Assembly (NCBI RefSeq): GCF_030144855.1
Contig: NW_026781513.1
Coordinates: forward strand, 186,001 to 250,000
DNA from: Hypanus sabinus
Taxonomy: Eukaryota
Direction of reading: 5' to 3'
Length of the DNA: 64,000 bases
Shown: piece by piece, positions 24,711 to 36,469 of the stretch
Position numbering within the stretch: the first letter of the stretch is position 1
Layout: each line of letters begins with the position of its first letter
Translations under genes and position numbers: made by a program
Notes under the pieces: model-generated
Database searches by the model: none
What the model saw: the letters and a program-made list of their open reading frames with translations, nothing else
What the model was told of the DNA's origin: nothing

Positions 24711-27700
24711 TTAAGAGGATGCAGATAGATCGGACAATCTGAGTCCAGTTCCCTCGGGTGTAAATCCCATATACCTGATGAGATGTGCTTAAGTTTGGAG
24801 CAGAGGGGAGAATCAGAAACCCTGCCAAGGGTGTAACACGCAGCTGGGTTGAAATGCGAAGTGAGAGCAAAGTCTTTTTTTAATTATTTTTTGTTTACGC
24901 AGAGAGTGCTTGCTGTGGCTAACCGGAAGCGCTAGTAGAAGCGGGCAGCCCGGTGGGGTTTAAAAGACCTTTGGACTTCTAGAATACCACCTGCACAGAG
25001 TATAGGAACTCTACAGAGTACAAGGCATTATGCTTAGCTAATAACCAAATACGAGGACGGCCAAGTCAGGGAACATTGAATGACAGGGCATTCCATATAA
25101 ACCTTGGGGGCCGTGCCGCACGCTGCTAAGGCCACGCTTAGAATGCTGTGTTCAGGGTTGGTCACCGTCCTACAGGAAAGATGTCATTAATCTTGAAAGA
25201 ATGCGGAGAGGGTAGGCAATGATATCGCCAGGACTGAGTTATAGGAAGAGATTGGGCGAGTAAGCCTTCATTCCTCAGAGCGTAAGAGACGGAGAGGCGA
25301 TATTTTTAAAAAAAAAATATTGCCGGGAAGATGCCATTAAACTGGAAAGAATATAGAGGGGGATTTTCGAGGATCTTGGTTGTTCGGAGACGAGGAACTG
25401 ATGATGGAGGCAGGTCGGTCTCGGATGGGACTTTATAACGTAGAGCGTAGGAGACTGAGAGATGATCTTACAGGTGTTCTATTACCACGAGGGGCAGGGA
25501 CAGGGAGATAGAGGAACGAGAGGGAGTAAGTTTAAGGTGAGAGGGCAAAGCTTAATGAAGAACTTGAGAGGCAATTTATTTAACACCAAGAAACGGTGGC
25601 ATAGGGCCATAAGACCATAAAATATAGGAGCAGATGTGGGCCATTCCACCCATCGCGTCTGCTCCGCCATTCAATCATGGGCTGATCCAATTTTTCAAGT
25701 CATCCCCACTCCCCTGCCTTCTCCCCATACCCTTTGATGCCCTGGCTAATCAAGAACCGCTCTATCTTTGCCTTAAATGCACCCAATGACTTGGCCTCCA
25801 CGGCCGCTGGCGGCAACAAAGTACACAGATTTTCTAACGTCTGACGTTGATCAGCCATGATCTCAGAATGGCGGTGCAGGCTCGAAGGGCCGAATGGTCT
25901 ACTTCTGCACCTTTTGTCTATTGTCTGTTGAAAGTAATTTATCCACGTCTCTGTTCTACATGGACGTCCTGCAATTTTGAAGTCGTGCCCTCTTGTCCTG
26001 GATTCCCCAACCATGGGAAATAACTTTGCCATATCTAATCTGTTCAGGCCTTTTAATATTCGGAATGTTTCTATAAATATTTCCCCCTCATTCCCCTGAA
26101 CCCCAGGGAATACAGCCCGAGAGCTGCCAGATGTTCCTCATACGGTAACCCTTTCATTCCTGGAATCATTCTCGTGAATCTTCTCTGAACCCTCTCCTTA
26201 TATTTTGACCAACCTCTCCTTACAGCTTATGCCCTCTGTTCTAGGCAACATCCCGAGGCAACCCCGCCCCCCGCTACCCAAAGCCCGACCTCCCCAGCAC
26301 CCTTTCCGTGGCGGGACAACTGAACCTGAACGGAATACTCCACTTGTGGCCTGACAACTCAAATGAATGGTGAGGGGGTAGGGGGCAATACACAGAGGAG
26401 CGTGTCGATGACGTAACATCTCAGGACAGGCAAAGCATTGCGGGCCGAATGGTCTGCCCGTTGCCGTGCCGTTCCGTGTGCTACGTGCTGGAATCGCCGG
26501 GTCACGCGGCCCTTCAAGTCGCCTCCACTGGCTAGCGCTACTTCGCCCATTTCTAAACCAGTGGCTCCCTCAACTGTTTCTCTCCNNNNNNNNNNNNNNN
26601 NNNNNNNNNNNNNNNNNNNNNNNNNNNNNNNNNNNNNNNNNNNNNNNNNNNNNNNNNNNNNNNNNNNNNNNNNNNNNNNNNNNNNNNNNNNNNNNNNNNN
26701 NNNNNNNNNNNNNNNNNNNNNNNNNNNNNNNNNNNNNNNNNNNNNNNNNNNNNNNNNNNNNNNNNNNNNNNNNNNNNNNNNNNNNNNNNNNNNNNNNNNN
26801 NNNNNNNNNCCCTCCCCATTTCTCTCTCTCTCTCTCTCCCCCCCATTTCTCTNNNNNNNNNNNNNNNNNNNNNNNNNNNNNNNNNNNNNNNNNNNNNNNN
26901 NNNNNNNNNNNNNNNNNNNNNNNNNNNNNNNNNNNNNNNNNNNNNNNNNNNNNNNNNNNNNNNNNNNNNNNNNNNNNNNNNNNNNNNNNNNNNNNNNNNN
27001 NNNNNNNNNNNNNNNNNNNNNNNNNNNNNNNNNNNNNNNNNNNNNNNNNNNNNNNNNNNNNNNNNNNNNNNNNNNNNNNNNNNNNNNNNNNNNNNNNNNN
27101 NNNNNNNNNNNNNNNNNNNNNNNNNNNNNNNNNNNNNNNNNNNNNNNNNNNNNNNNNNNNNNNNNNNNNNNNNNNNNNNNNNNNNNNNNNNNNNNNNNNN
27201 NNNNNNNNNNNNNNNNNNNNNNNNNNNNNNNNNNNNNNNNNNNNNNNNNNNNNNNNCTTCCGTGAGAATTTTCCCCCCCTCTGTTAAATCTCTCCCATCT
27301 CAAGCCTGTGCCCTCCGGTATCTCGATTTGCCTGAAAAGGTCCGTGCTCGTCCACCCTGTCTGTGCCCCGACACCTCGGTAAGGTCGCTCCTGCGCTCCG
27401 CAGATTGAAGTCACGACCTGCCCGACCTCTCTCCGTTACTCAGTCCAGAAGAACATAAACCGTAGGAGCATAAGTGGGCCATTCGGCCCGCCGAGTCTGC
27501 TCCGGCATTCAATGATGGGCTGATGCACCATCCAGTCACCCCACTCCCCTGCCTTCTCCCCGCACCCTCTGATGCCCTGGCTAATCAAGAACCTATCTAT
27601 CTCTGGCTTAACTGCCTCCCAATGACGGCCTGCACAGCCGCCCGTGACGACATAAGCCCCTCGAGTCCCGGCAACATCCTCGCAAATCTTCCCCCACCCC

Positions 27701-27918
27701 CCTGCGCTCGGTCCAGCTCCGCGGCCTCTTTCCTACTGCGGGGCGGCAAAAGCCGAGCACTGGGCCCCAAGTGCGGCCTGGCCGACGCCTCGCACAACCG
27801 CGACGCGACCTCCCGACTCCCGAACTCCGAGCCCTGACTGACGGAGGCCAGCGTGCCTCCATGGGTCGCCCCGTCTGCCTGTGACCCCATTTTCAGGGAG
27901 CCTTCTCCCCTCACTGCC

Positions 27919-27956
<38 letters not shown>

Positions 27957-28534
27957 CACCTTACCGCTATCCCTGAGCCGCTCTGTTCTACCACTTCCCG
28001 GCCGTTCGCTGGGCAGGCCCTGTCCCAAAACGCAACGCTTCGCCCTGGCTGAGACCGAGCTGCGTTTCCCGTTGCTTGGCCCCCACTTTCCCAAATGGTC
28101 ACCATCCCACTGGGGGGGGGGGGGAAATAAATCCTGGCAACTGACTTCAGGCTGTAGATCTGCCGGCGCAGGTTCCGGATCAGAATCGGGTTTCATTATC
28201 ACTGGCGCGTTTTGTGAAATCTGCCGTCCCCATGCTAAACACTGTGACCCGCAGAAAGAGGTAGAGATGTTATACGCTTCTCGGCGTAATACACAGACCT
28301 CATTGCAATCGAGCTCTGAGACGGAGATCACCGGGACACGGGGTGCGGGTGGGAAATTGAAAAGAGTTAGATGGAGCTCTTAAAGATGGCGGAGTCAAGG
28401 GATGTGGGGAGAGGGCAGGAACGGGGGACTGATGGTGGACGAGCAGCCACGATCACACTGAATGGCGGTGCTGGCTCGAAGGGCCGAATGGCCTACCCCT
28501 GCACCTGCCGTCTGTTGTCTGTTGGATGTTATAG

Positions 28535-31500
28535 TTGGGAGCCGAATGTCCAAGGTTACACGTTGAATCGGAGGGAGAGGAAGGTAGGCAGAGGGGTCGG
28601 TGTGGCTCTACTTGTGAAGAGTGGCTTCAATTCGGTAGAAAGGTGACAGAGGATCGGGGGGCGTTGAATGCCTCTGGGCTGAGTTAAGAAACTGCCAGGG
28701 ACATTGACGGCAGTTATATAGAGGCCTCCCAACAGTGGCTGGGAGGTGGACCACAGATGACAACTGGAAATAGGAAAGGCGAGTCGAGAGGGCAATGTTA
28801 TGGGAGATTTTAACAGGCAGGTCGATTGGGACAATCATGTTGGTAACGGATCTCCAGAGAGCGAGTTCGTTGAATGACTAAGAGGTAGCTTTTTAGAGCA
28901 ATTTGTCGTTGAGCCGACTAGGGGATCAGCCATACTGGATTGGGTGTTATGTGGCGGACTGAAGGAGATTAGGGAGCTTAAGGTAAAAGAACCCTGAGGA
29001 GCCAGTGATCACAATATGACTGTGTTCAACTGAAATTCGACAGGGACAAAGTCTGATGCAGCAGCATTTCAATGGAGTGAGGGATATTACAGTGGTATGA
29101 GAGAGGAGTTGGCCAAAGTAAATTGGGAGAAGCTGCTGGCGGAGATGTCTGCAGAGCAACAGTGGCGTGTGCTTCTGGGGAAAAATTAGGAAGGTGCAGG
29201 ACATGGGTATTCCAAAAATGAAGGAATACTCCAATGTTAGAATAGTACAGCGGTGGCTGACTAGGGAAGTCAAAGATGTTGTAAAGACAAAAGGAAGGCC
29301 ATACAACAGAACAAGAATTAGTGGGAAGATAGAGGACTGGGAAGTTTTTAAAAACTTGCAGAGAATAACTCCAAAAAAAATCATTGGAAGGGAAAAGATG
29401 AAATATGAAAGCAATTTATCAACCAATATCAAAATGGTTAGTAAAAGTTTTTTTTTTCCAAGTCTCTTAAAAGTAAAAGAGGAATGAAAGTGGATCTATG
29501 ACCGGTAGAAAATGATGCAGGAGAAATAATAACGGGGGACAACGGGGTGGCCGATGAACTAAATGAGTATTTTGAGTCCGCCTTCACTGTGGAAGACGCT
29601 AGTGGTGTGCCCGATGTTGTAGTGTGTGAAGGAAGAGAAGTGGGTGCAGTTACTGTTGTTGGAGAGAAGATGTTCAAAAGGCTGGAAGATCTAAAGGTAC
29701 ATAAGTCACCGGGAACAGGTGGACTGCACCCGAGGATTCTGAAAAGGGTAGCATTAGAGACTGTGGTGGCACTAGAAATGATAGAACCATAGAACCGGAG
29801 AACCCTACGGCAACATGGAGGGCCTTCAGCCCTCCACGTTGTGCAGACCCGTATAATCCTTTAAAAAAAGTACTAAACCCACACTACCCCATCACCCTCC
29901 ATTTTTCTTTCATCCATGTGCCTGTCCAAGAGGCTCTTAAATACCCCTATTGCTTTAGTCTCCACCACCATCCCTGGCAAGTCATTCCAGGCACTCACAA
30001 CTTTCTGTAAAAAAACTTACCCCTGATGTCTCCCCTAAACTTCCCTCCCTTAATTTTGTACCTATGCCCTCTGGGGTTTGCTATTGGTGACCTGGGAAAT
30101 GGGTACTGTCTATCCGCCCTGTCTATGCCTCCCATAATCTTATAGACCTCTATCAAGTCCCCTCTCATTCTTCTACGCTCCAAAGAGAAAAGTCCCAGCT
30201 CTGCTAACCTTGCTTCATATGACTTGTTCTCCAAACCAGGCAACATCCTGTTAAATCTCCTCTGCACCCTCTCCATAGCTTCCACATCCTTCCTATAATG
30301 TGACCAGAATTGGTGACCATTTCTGTGACCAGAGGTGACCAGATCTTTCAAAAATCATTGGGCCCCCGAATGGTGCCAGAGAACTGGAAAACGGCAAAAG
30401 TTACTCCACTCTTTAAGAAAGGAGGAAGGCAGCAGAAAGGAAATTATAGACCAGTTAGCCTGACCTCAGTGGTGCAAATGTTACTCCACTCTTTAAGAAA
30501 GGAGGAAGGCAGCAGAAAAGAAATTATAGACCAGTTAGCCTAGCCTCAGTGGTGCAAATGTTACTCCACTCTTTAAGAAAGGAGGAAGGCAGCAGAAAGA
30601 AAATTATAGACCAGTTAGCCTGACCTCAGTGATGCAAATGTTACTCCACTCTTTAAGAAAGGAGGAAGGCAGCAGAAAAGAAATTATAGACCAGTTAGCC
30701 TGACCTCAGTGATGCAAATGTTACTCCACTCTTTAAGAAAGGAGGAAGGCAGCAGAAAAGAAATTATAGACCAGTTAGCCTAACCTCAGTGGTTGGGAAG
30801 ATGTTGGAGTCAATTGTTAAGGACGAGGTGATGGAGTACTTGGTGACACGGGACAAGACAGTACAAAGTCAACATGGTTTCCTTCAGGGAAAATCCTGCC
30901 TGACGAACCTGTTGGAATCCTTTGAGGAGATTACAATTAGGATAGATAAAGGGCATGCAGTGGATGTTGTATATTTGGACTTTCCGAAGGCTTTTGACAA
31001 GGTGCCAAACATGAGGCTGCTTACCAAGTTAAGAGCCGTGGCCTTGCTGGAAAGTTGCGAACATGCATACATCATTGGCTGATAGCGAGGAGGCAGCGAG
31101 TGGGAATAAAAGGATCTTTTTCTGGTTGGCTGCAAGTGACTAGTGGTGTTCCGCAGGGGTCCGTGTTCGGACCCCTTCATTTTCTGCTGTACATCAGTGA
31201 TTTAGATGATGGAGTAGATGGCTTTGTTGCCAAGTTTGCAGATGATACAAAGATTGGTGGAGGGATAGGTAGCGCTGAGGAAACAGGTAGGATGCAGAAG
31301 AAATTAGACAGTCTAGGAGAATGGGCAAGAAAGTGGCAAATGAAATACAATGCTTGAAAATGCACGGTCATGCTCATTGGTCGTAGGGATAAATGTGCGG
31401 ACTACTTTCTAAACGGAGAGAAAATCCAGGAACCTGAGATGCACAGGGACTTGCTAGTCCTTGGCAAGAACACCCTGAAGTTGAACTTGCAGGTCGAGTC

Positions 31501-31965
31501 GTTGGCGAGGAAGGCAAATGCCACGTTAGCGTTCATTGCGAGAGGTCCAGGGTACGAGAGAGGGATGTGACGCTGAGGCACTGGTCAGGCCTCACCTCGA
31601 GTGTCGTGAACGGTGTTGGGCCCCTCCTCTTGGCGTCGGAGAGGGTCCAGAGGAGGTTCACAGGGATGATTCCAGCAATGAAAGGGTTATCATACGAGAG
31701 ACGTTTGACGGCCCTGGGTCTGTACTCACTGGAATTCAGAAGGCTGGGGGGTGGGGGGGTGGGATCTCATTGAAACCTTTCGAATGTTGAAAGGCCTCGG
31801 CAGGGTAGATGTGGAAAGGATGCTTCCCGTGGTGGGAGATTTTAGGACGAGGGGGTCACAGCCTCAGGATAGAGGGGCGCCCTTTCAGAACAGAGATGCA
31901 GAGAAATTTACTTCAGCAGGGGATGGTGAGTTTGCGGAATTTGTTGCCGCGTGCAGCCGTGGAGG
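28535..31965 (+). mobile_element. Near full-length degenerate CR1 ORF2 (endonuclease, RT, C-terminus) with a nested - strand CR1 at ~29785-30320
   Basis: GYTLNRRERKVGRGVGVALLVK (EN), QHGFLQGKSCLTNLL..DVVYLDFPKAFDKVP and VTSGVPQGSV..FADDTKIG (RT); multiple stops and frameshifts. Confidence 0.92.
30400..30790 (+). repeat. 80-bp tandem repeat (5 units) inside the CR1 RT domain
   Basis: gttactccactctttaagaaagga...ctcagtggtgcaaat starting at 30400/30480/30560/30640/30720; encodes VTPLFKKGGRQQKGNYRPVSLTSVV. Confidence 0.93.
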
Positions 31966-32890
31966 CGTGTTTGAGGCAGAGATTGATGGGTTCTCGACTG
32001 GACACGGCCTGAGAGGTCACGGGGAGAAGGTGGGATTCGTGCAGACGTGGAGACGTGTTTGAGGCAGAGATTGATGGGTTCTCGACTGGACACGGCCTGA
32101 GAGGTCACGGGGAGAAGGTGGGATTCGTGCAGACGTGGAGACGTGTTTGAGGCAGAGATTGATGGGTTCTCGACTGGACACGGCCTGAGAGGTCACGGGG
32201 AGAAGGTGGGATTCGTGGAGTCGTGTTTGAGGCAGAGATTGACGGGTTCTCGACTGGACACGGCCTGAGAGGTCACGGGGAGAAGGTGGGATTCGTGCAG
32301 ACGTGGAGACGTGTTTGAGGCAGAGATTGACGGGTTCTCGACCGGACATGGCCTGAGAGGTCACGGGGAGAAGGTGGGATTCGTGCAGCCGTGGAGACGT
32401 GTTTGAGGCAGAGATTGACGGGTTGTCGACCGGACACGGCCTGAGAGGTCACGGGGAGAAGGTGGGATTCGTGCAGACGTGGAGACGTGTTTGAGGCAGA
32501 GATTGACGGGTTCTCGACCGGACATGGCCTGAGAGGTCACGGGGAGAAGGTGGGATTCGTGCAGACGTGGAGACGTGTTTGAGGCAGAGATTGACGGGTT
32601 CTCGACCGGACATGGCCTGAGAGGTCACGGGGAGAAGGTGGGATTCGTGCAGCCGTGGAGACGTGTTTGAGGCAGAGATTGACGGGTTCTCGACTGGACA
32701 CGGCCTGAGAGGTCACGGGGAGAAGGTGGGATTCGTGGAGACGTGTTTGAGGCAGAGATTGACGGGTTGTCGACCGGACACGGCCTGAGAGGTCACGGGG
32801 AGAAGGTGGGATTCGTGGAGACGTGTTTGAGGCAGAGATTGACGGGTTCTCGACCGGACACGGCCTGAGAGGTCACGGGGAGAAGGTGGG
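31965..32890 (+). repeat. 88-bp (variant 80-bp) tandem repeat (~11 units) from the CR1 3' end
   Basis: gtgtttgaggcagagattgacgggttctcgactggacacggcctgagaggtcacggggagaaggtgggattcgtgcagacgtggagac; colinear with CR1 ORF2 end on both sides. Confidence 0.92.
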
Positions 32891-32899
32891 AACTGGGGT

Positions 32900-33725
32900 T
32901 GAGGAGGAGAAAGAAAGGATCAGCCATGATTGAACGGCGGGGTAATGACGGCAGAATGATGGCCTAATTCTGCTCCCATCTCTCATCGTGTTAGAATCTC
33001 CCACCACAGGAATCAACTTCGCCACATCCGCTCTATCGCCGTCTTTCAACATTCGATCGGCTTCAGTCAGGTCGATTCTTCTAAATTCCAGTCAGAACCG
33101 GCGGAAACTCCCTTCGTTATGGCAGTCAGTTTAATGCCGGAATCATTTTGGTGAACCGCTTTTGAACTCTGTCCAGTTTCGGCACTTCCTCGCTGAGGGA
33201 CTGGGTCAAAACTGCTCGCAGCACCCCGGCAGCGCTTCCGAAAGCCCGAACATGACACCGGCGCTTTGATGCACAAGTCCCCTTGACATGGATGCTAACA
33301 GTGCATTTTCCTTCCTCACCGCCGACTCGATGTGCAAACTGATTCCTTTCCGGAATCCTGCCCGAGGTCTCCAAATGTCCTCTGTCCGCTCAGATTTTTC
33401 CATTTTCTCTCCACTTGTAACACAAAAGGACAGCCCTCTCATATCTTCTCATGCCATATGTTCAGGGTCCTGCGCTTCCCGACACCGCGTTCCGTCATTT
33501 CCTTGCCATTCTCCTAATCTGTCTGCGTCCTTCCGCAGCCCCTCTGTTTCCTCAAAACTACCTGCCCCTCCACCTGCCTTCATAACCTCACCAAACTTTG
33601 CAACAACGCCATCAATTCCATTATCCAAATCACTGACATATAAACCTAAAAAAATCGGTCCCAACACAGACCCCAGTGAAACACCAATGGTGGCGGGCAG
33701 ACAACCAGAACAGGCTCCCTTCGTT
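32900..33725 (-). mobile_element. Degenerate CR1 RT fragment
   Basis: GVSLGSVLGP..YVSDLDNGIDGVVAKF on the - strand. Confidence 0.8.
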
Positions 33726-33749
33726 CCCACTCACGGTTTATTCATGCCC

Positions 33750-35880
33750 CCGGGAGTGCGTGATGTGACGGTGTGGAGGGAGATTCACTCTGTGTCTGAC
33801 CCCGGGGGTGTGTGATGGGACGGTGTGGAGGGAGTTTCACTCTGAGACAGACCCCGGGAGTGTGTGATGGGACGGTGCGGAGTGTGATTCACTCTGTGTC
33901 TGACCCCGGGAATGTGTGAAGGGACAGTGTGGAGGGAGATTCACTCTGTGTCTGACCCCTGGAGTGTGTGATGGGACGGTGTTGAGGGAGATTCGCTCTG
34001 TGTCTGACCCGGGAATGTGTGATGGGACGGTGTGGATGCAGATACACTCTGTGTCTGACCCCGGGAGAGTCTGATGGGACGGTGTGGAGGGAGATTCACT
34101 CTGTGTCTGACCCCGGGAGTGTGTGATGGGACGGTGTGGAGGGAGATTCACTCTGTGTCTGACCCCGGGAGTGTGTGATGGGACAGTGTGTAGGGACATT
34201 CACTCTGTGTGTGACCCCGGGAGAGTGTGATGGGACGATGTGGAGGGAGATTCACTCTGTGTCTGACCCCGGGAGTGTGATGGGACGATGTGGAGGGAGA
34301 TTCACTCTGTGTCTGACCCCGGGAGTGTGTGATGGGACGGTGTGAAGGGAGATTCACTTTGTGTCTGTCCCCGGGACTGTGTGATGGGACGGTGTGGAGG
34401 GAGATTCACTCTGTGTCTGACCCCGGGACTGAGCGTGGGACGGTGTGGAGGGAAATTCACTCTGTGTCTGATCCCGGGAGTGTATGATGGGACGGTATGG
34501 AAGGAGATTCACTCTGTGTCTGACCCCAGGAGTGTGTGATGGGACGGTGTGAAGGGAGATTCACTCTGTGTCTTACCTGGAGGGTGTGATGGAACGGTGC
34601 GGAGTGAGATTCACTCTGTGTCTGACCCCGGGAGTGTGTGATGGGACGGTGTGGAGGGAGATTCACTCTGTGTCTGACCCCGGGAGTGTGTGATGGGACG
34701 GTGTGGAGGGAGATTCACTCTGTGTCTGACCCCGGGAGTGTGTGATGGGACAGTGTGTAGGGACATTCACTCTGTGTGTGACCCCGGGAGAGTGTGATGG
34801 GACGATGTGGAGGGAGATTCACTCTGTGTCTGACCCCGGGAGTGTGATGGGACGATGTGGAGGGAGATTCACTCTGTGTCTGACCCCGGGAGTGTGTGAT
34901 GGGACGGTGTGAAGGGAGATTCACTTTGTGTCTGTCCCCGGGACTGTGTGATGGGACGGTGTGGAGGGAGATTCACTCTGTGTCTGACCCCGGGACTGAG
35001 CGTGGGACGGTGTGGAGGGAAATTCACTCTGTGTCTGATCCAGGGAGTGTATGATGGGACGGTATGGAAGGAGATTCACTCTGTGTCTGACCCCAGGAGT
35101 GTGTGATGGGACGGTGTGAAGGGAGATTCACTCTGTGTCTTACCTGGAGGGTGTGATGGAACGGTGCGGAGTGAGATTCACTCTGTGTCTGACCCCGGGA
35201 GTGTGTGATGGGACGGTGTGGAGGGAGATTCACTCTGTGTCTGATCCCGGGAGTGTGTGACGGGACGGTGCGGAGGGAGATTCACTCTGTGTCTGACGCC
35301 GGGGGTGTGTGAAGGGACGGTGTGGAGGGAGATTCACTCTGTGTCTGACCCCGGGGGTGTGTGATGGGACGGTGTGGAGGGAGATTCACTCTGTGTCTGA
35401 CCCCGGGGATGTGTGAAGGGACGGTGTGGAGGGAGATTCACTCTCTGTCTGACCCCGGGGCTGTGTGATGGGACGGTGTGGAGGGAAATTCACTCTGTGT
35501 CTGACCCCGGGAGTGTGTGATGGGACGGTGTGGAGGGAGATTCACTCTGTCTGGCCCAGGGAGTGTGTGATGGGACGGTGCGGAGGGAGATTCACTCTGT
35601 GTCTGATCCCGGGAGTGTGTGAAGGGACAGTGTGGAGGGAGATTCACTCTGTGTCTGACCCCGGGAGTGTGTAATGGGATGGTGTGGGGGGAGATTCACT
35701 CTCTGTCTGACCCCTGGAGTGTGTGATGGGACGGAGTTGAGGGAGATTCACTCTGTGTGTGACCCCGGGAGTGTGTGATGGGGCTGTGTGGAGGGAGATT
35801 CACTCTGTGTCTGACCCCGGGAGTGTGTGATGGGACGGTGTGGAGGGAGATTCACTCCGTGTCTGATCCCGGGAGTGTGT
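33750..35880. repeat. 52-bp GC-rich minisatellite (~41 units) with a 567-bp internal higher-order duplication
   Basis: gggagattcactctgtgtctgaccccgggagtgtgtgatgggacggtgtgga; identical ORF translations offset by 567 bp (34148/34715, 34342/34909, 34457/35024). Confidence 0.95.
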
Positions 35881-36469
35881 TATGGGAAGCTGCGCGGGTT
35901 AGGGGGTCGGGAGCTTCACAACGACAAGTGGAATGTGTGACATTTGACAAGTACATTTCCCCCTTGATGACTGCTGTGAAGTAAACAGCACTGAGTCCAG
36001 TATTGCAGCAGCAACGGAAATTCTCAATTTAAGATCAGGCGGTGGAACATTTCATTTCAACCGCCATCCATTTCCTGCCTTTCGGCGATTGCAAACAGTC
36101 TCCGCCCCTCCACAACTGGTTTCGAGAACAGAGATCATTGTGCAACACAGCACCTTCACCTCCTCCCTCTTGTTAGTAACGAGGAGAGGGCATGTCCAAG
36201 GTGGTGGGGCTAGCTGTGAGGGGGGAATGGGTCCTTAAAGTCTTAATATTGAAAACTACATTCTTGAGGCATCGCCTTTTCAAGATGTCCCCGACGCGGG
36301 GGTGGTTGTGGGGGCGGGGAGGAATTATCCATGATGAAGCTGGCTCAATTTCCACCCTCTGCAGCTTCTTTCCTCTCCTGCCCCCTCTCCAACCCTCAAA
36401 CGGGATGGTGAAAGAACCCGTAATAATACCGCACATTACAGGCCCCTCGGTCCACAAATTTATGCCGAC

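Noticed and set aside
26409-26416. CRE-like tgacgtaa in unique sequence
   Set aside because: Single 8-mer without supporting context; expected by chance in 64 kb
27853-28383. 176-aa + strand and 244-aa - strand ORFs
   Set aside because: Span an (AC)n microsatellite and decayed CR1; low complexity with no domain. Only the RSS-adjacent portion is kept as a finding.
28535-31965. Potentially active CR1 element
   Set aside because: Multiple stops and frameshifts, a nested insertion and internal tandem amplification; no intact ORF2 anywhere in the window
16182-35880. Tandem arrays as possible CRISPR arrays
   Set aside because: No unique spacers, units are contiguous LINE-derived or minisatellite DNA, the context is vertebrate and there are no cas genes
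33750-35880. cacagag heptamer-like motif in every 52-bp unit (- strand) as an array of cryptic RSSs
   Set aside because: No nonamer at 12 or 23 bp (best about 4/9)
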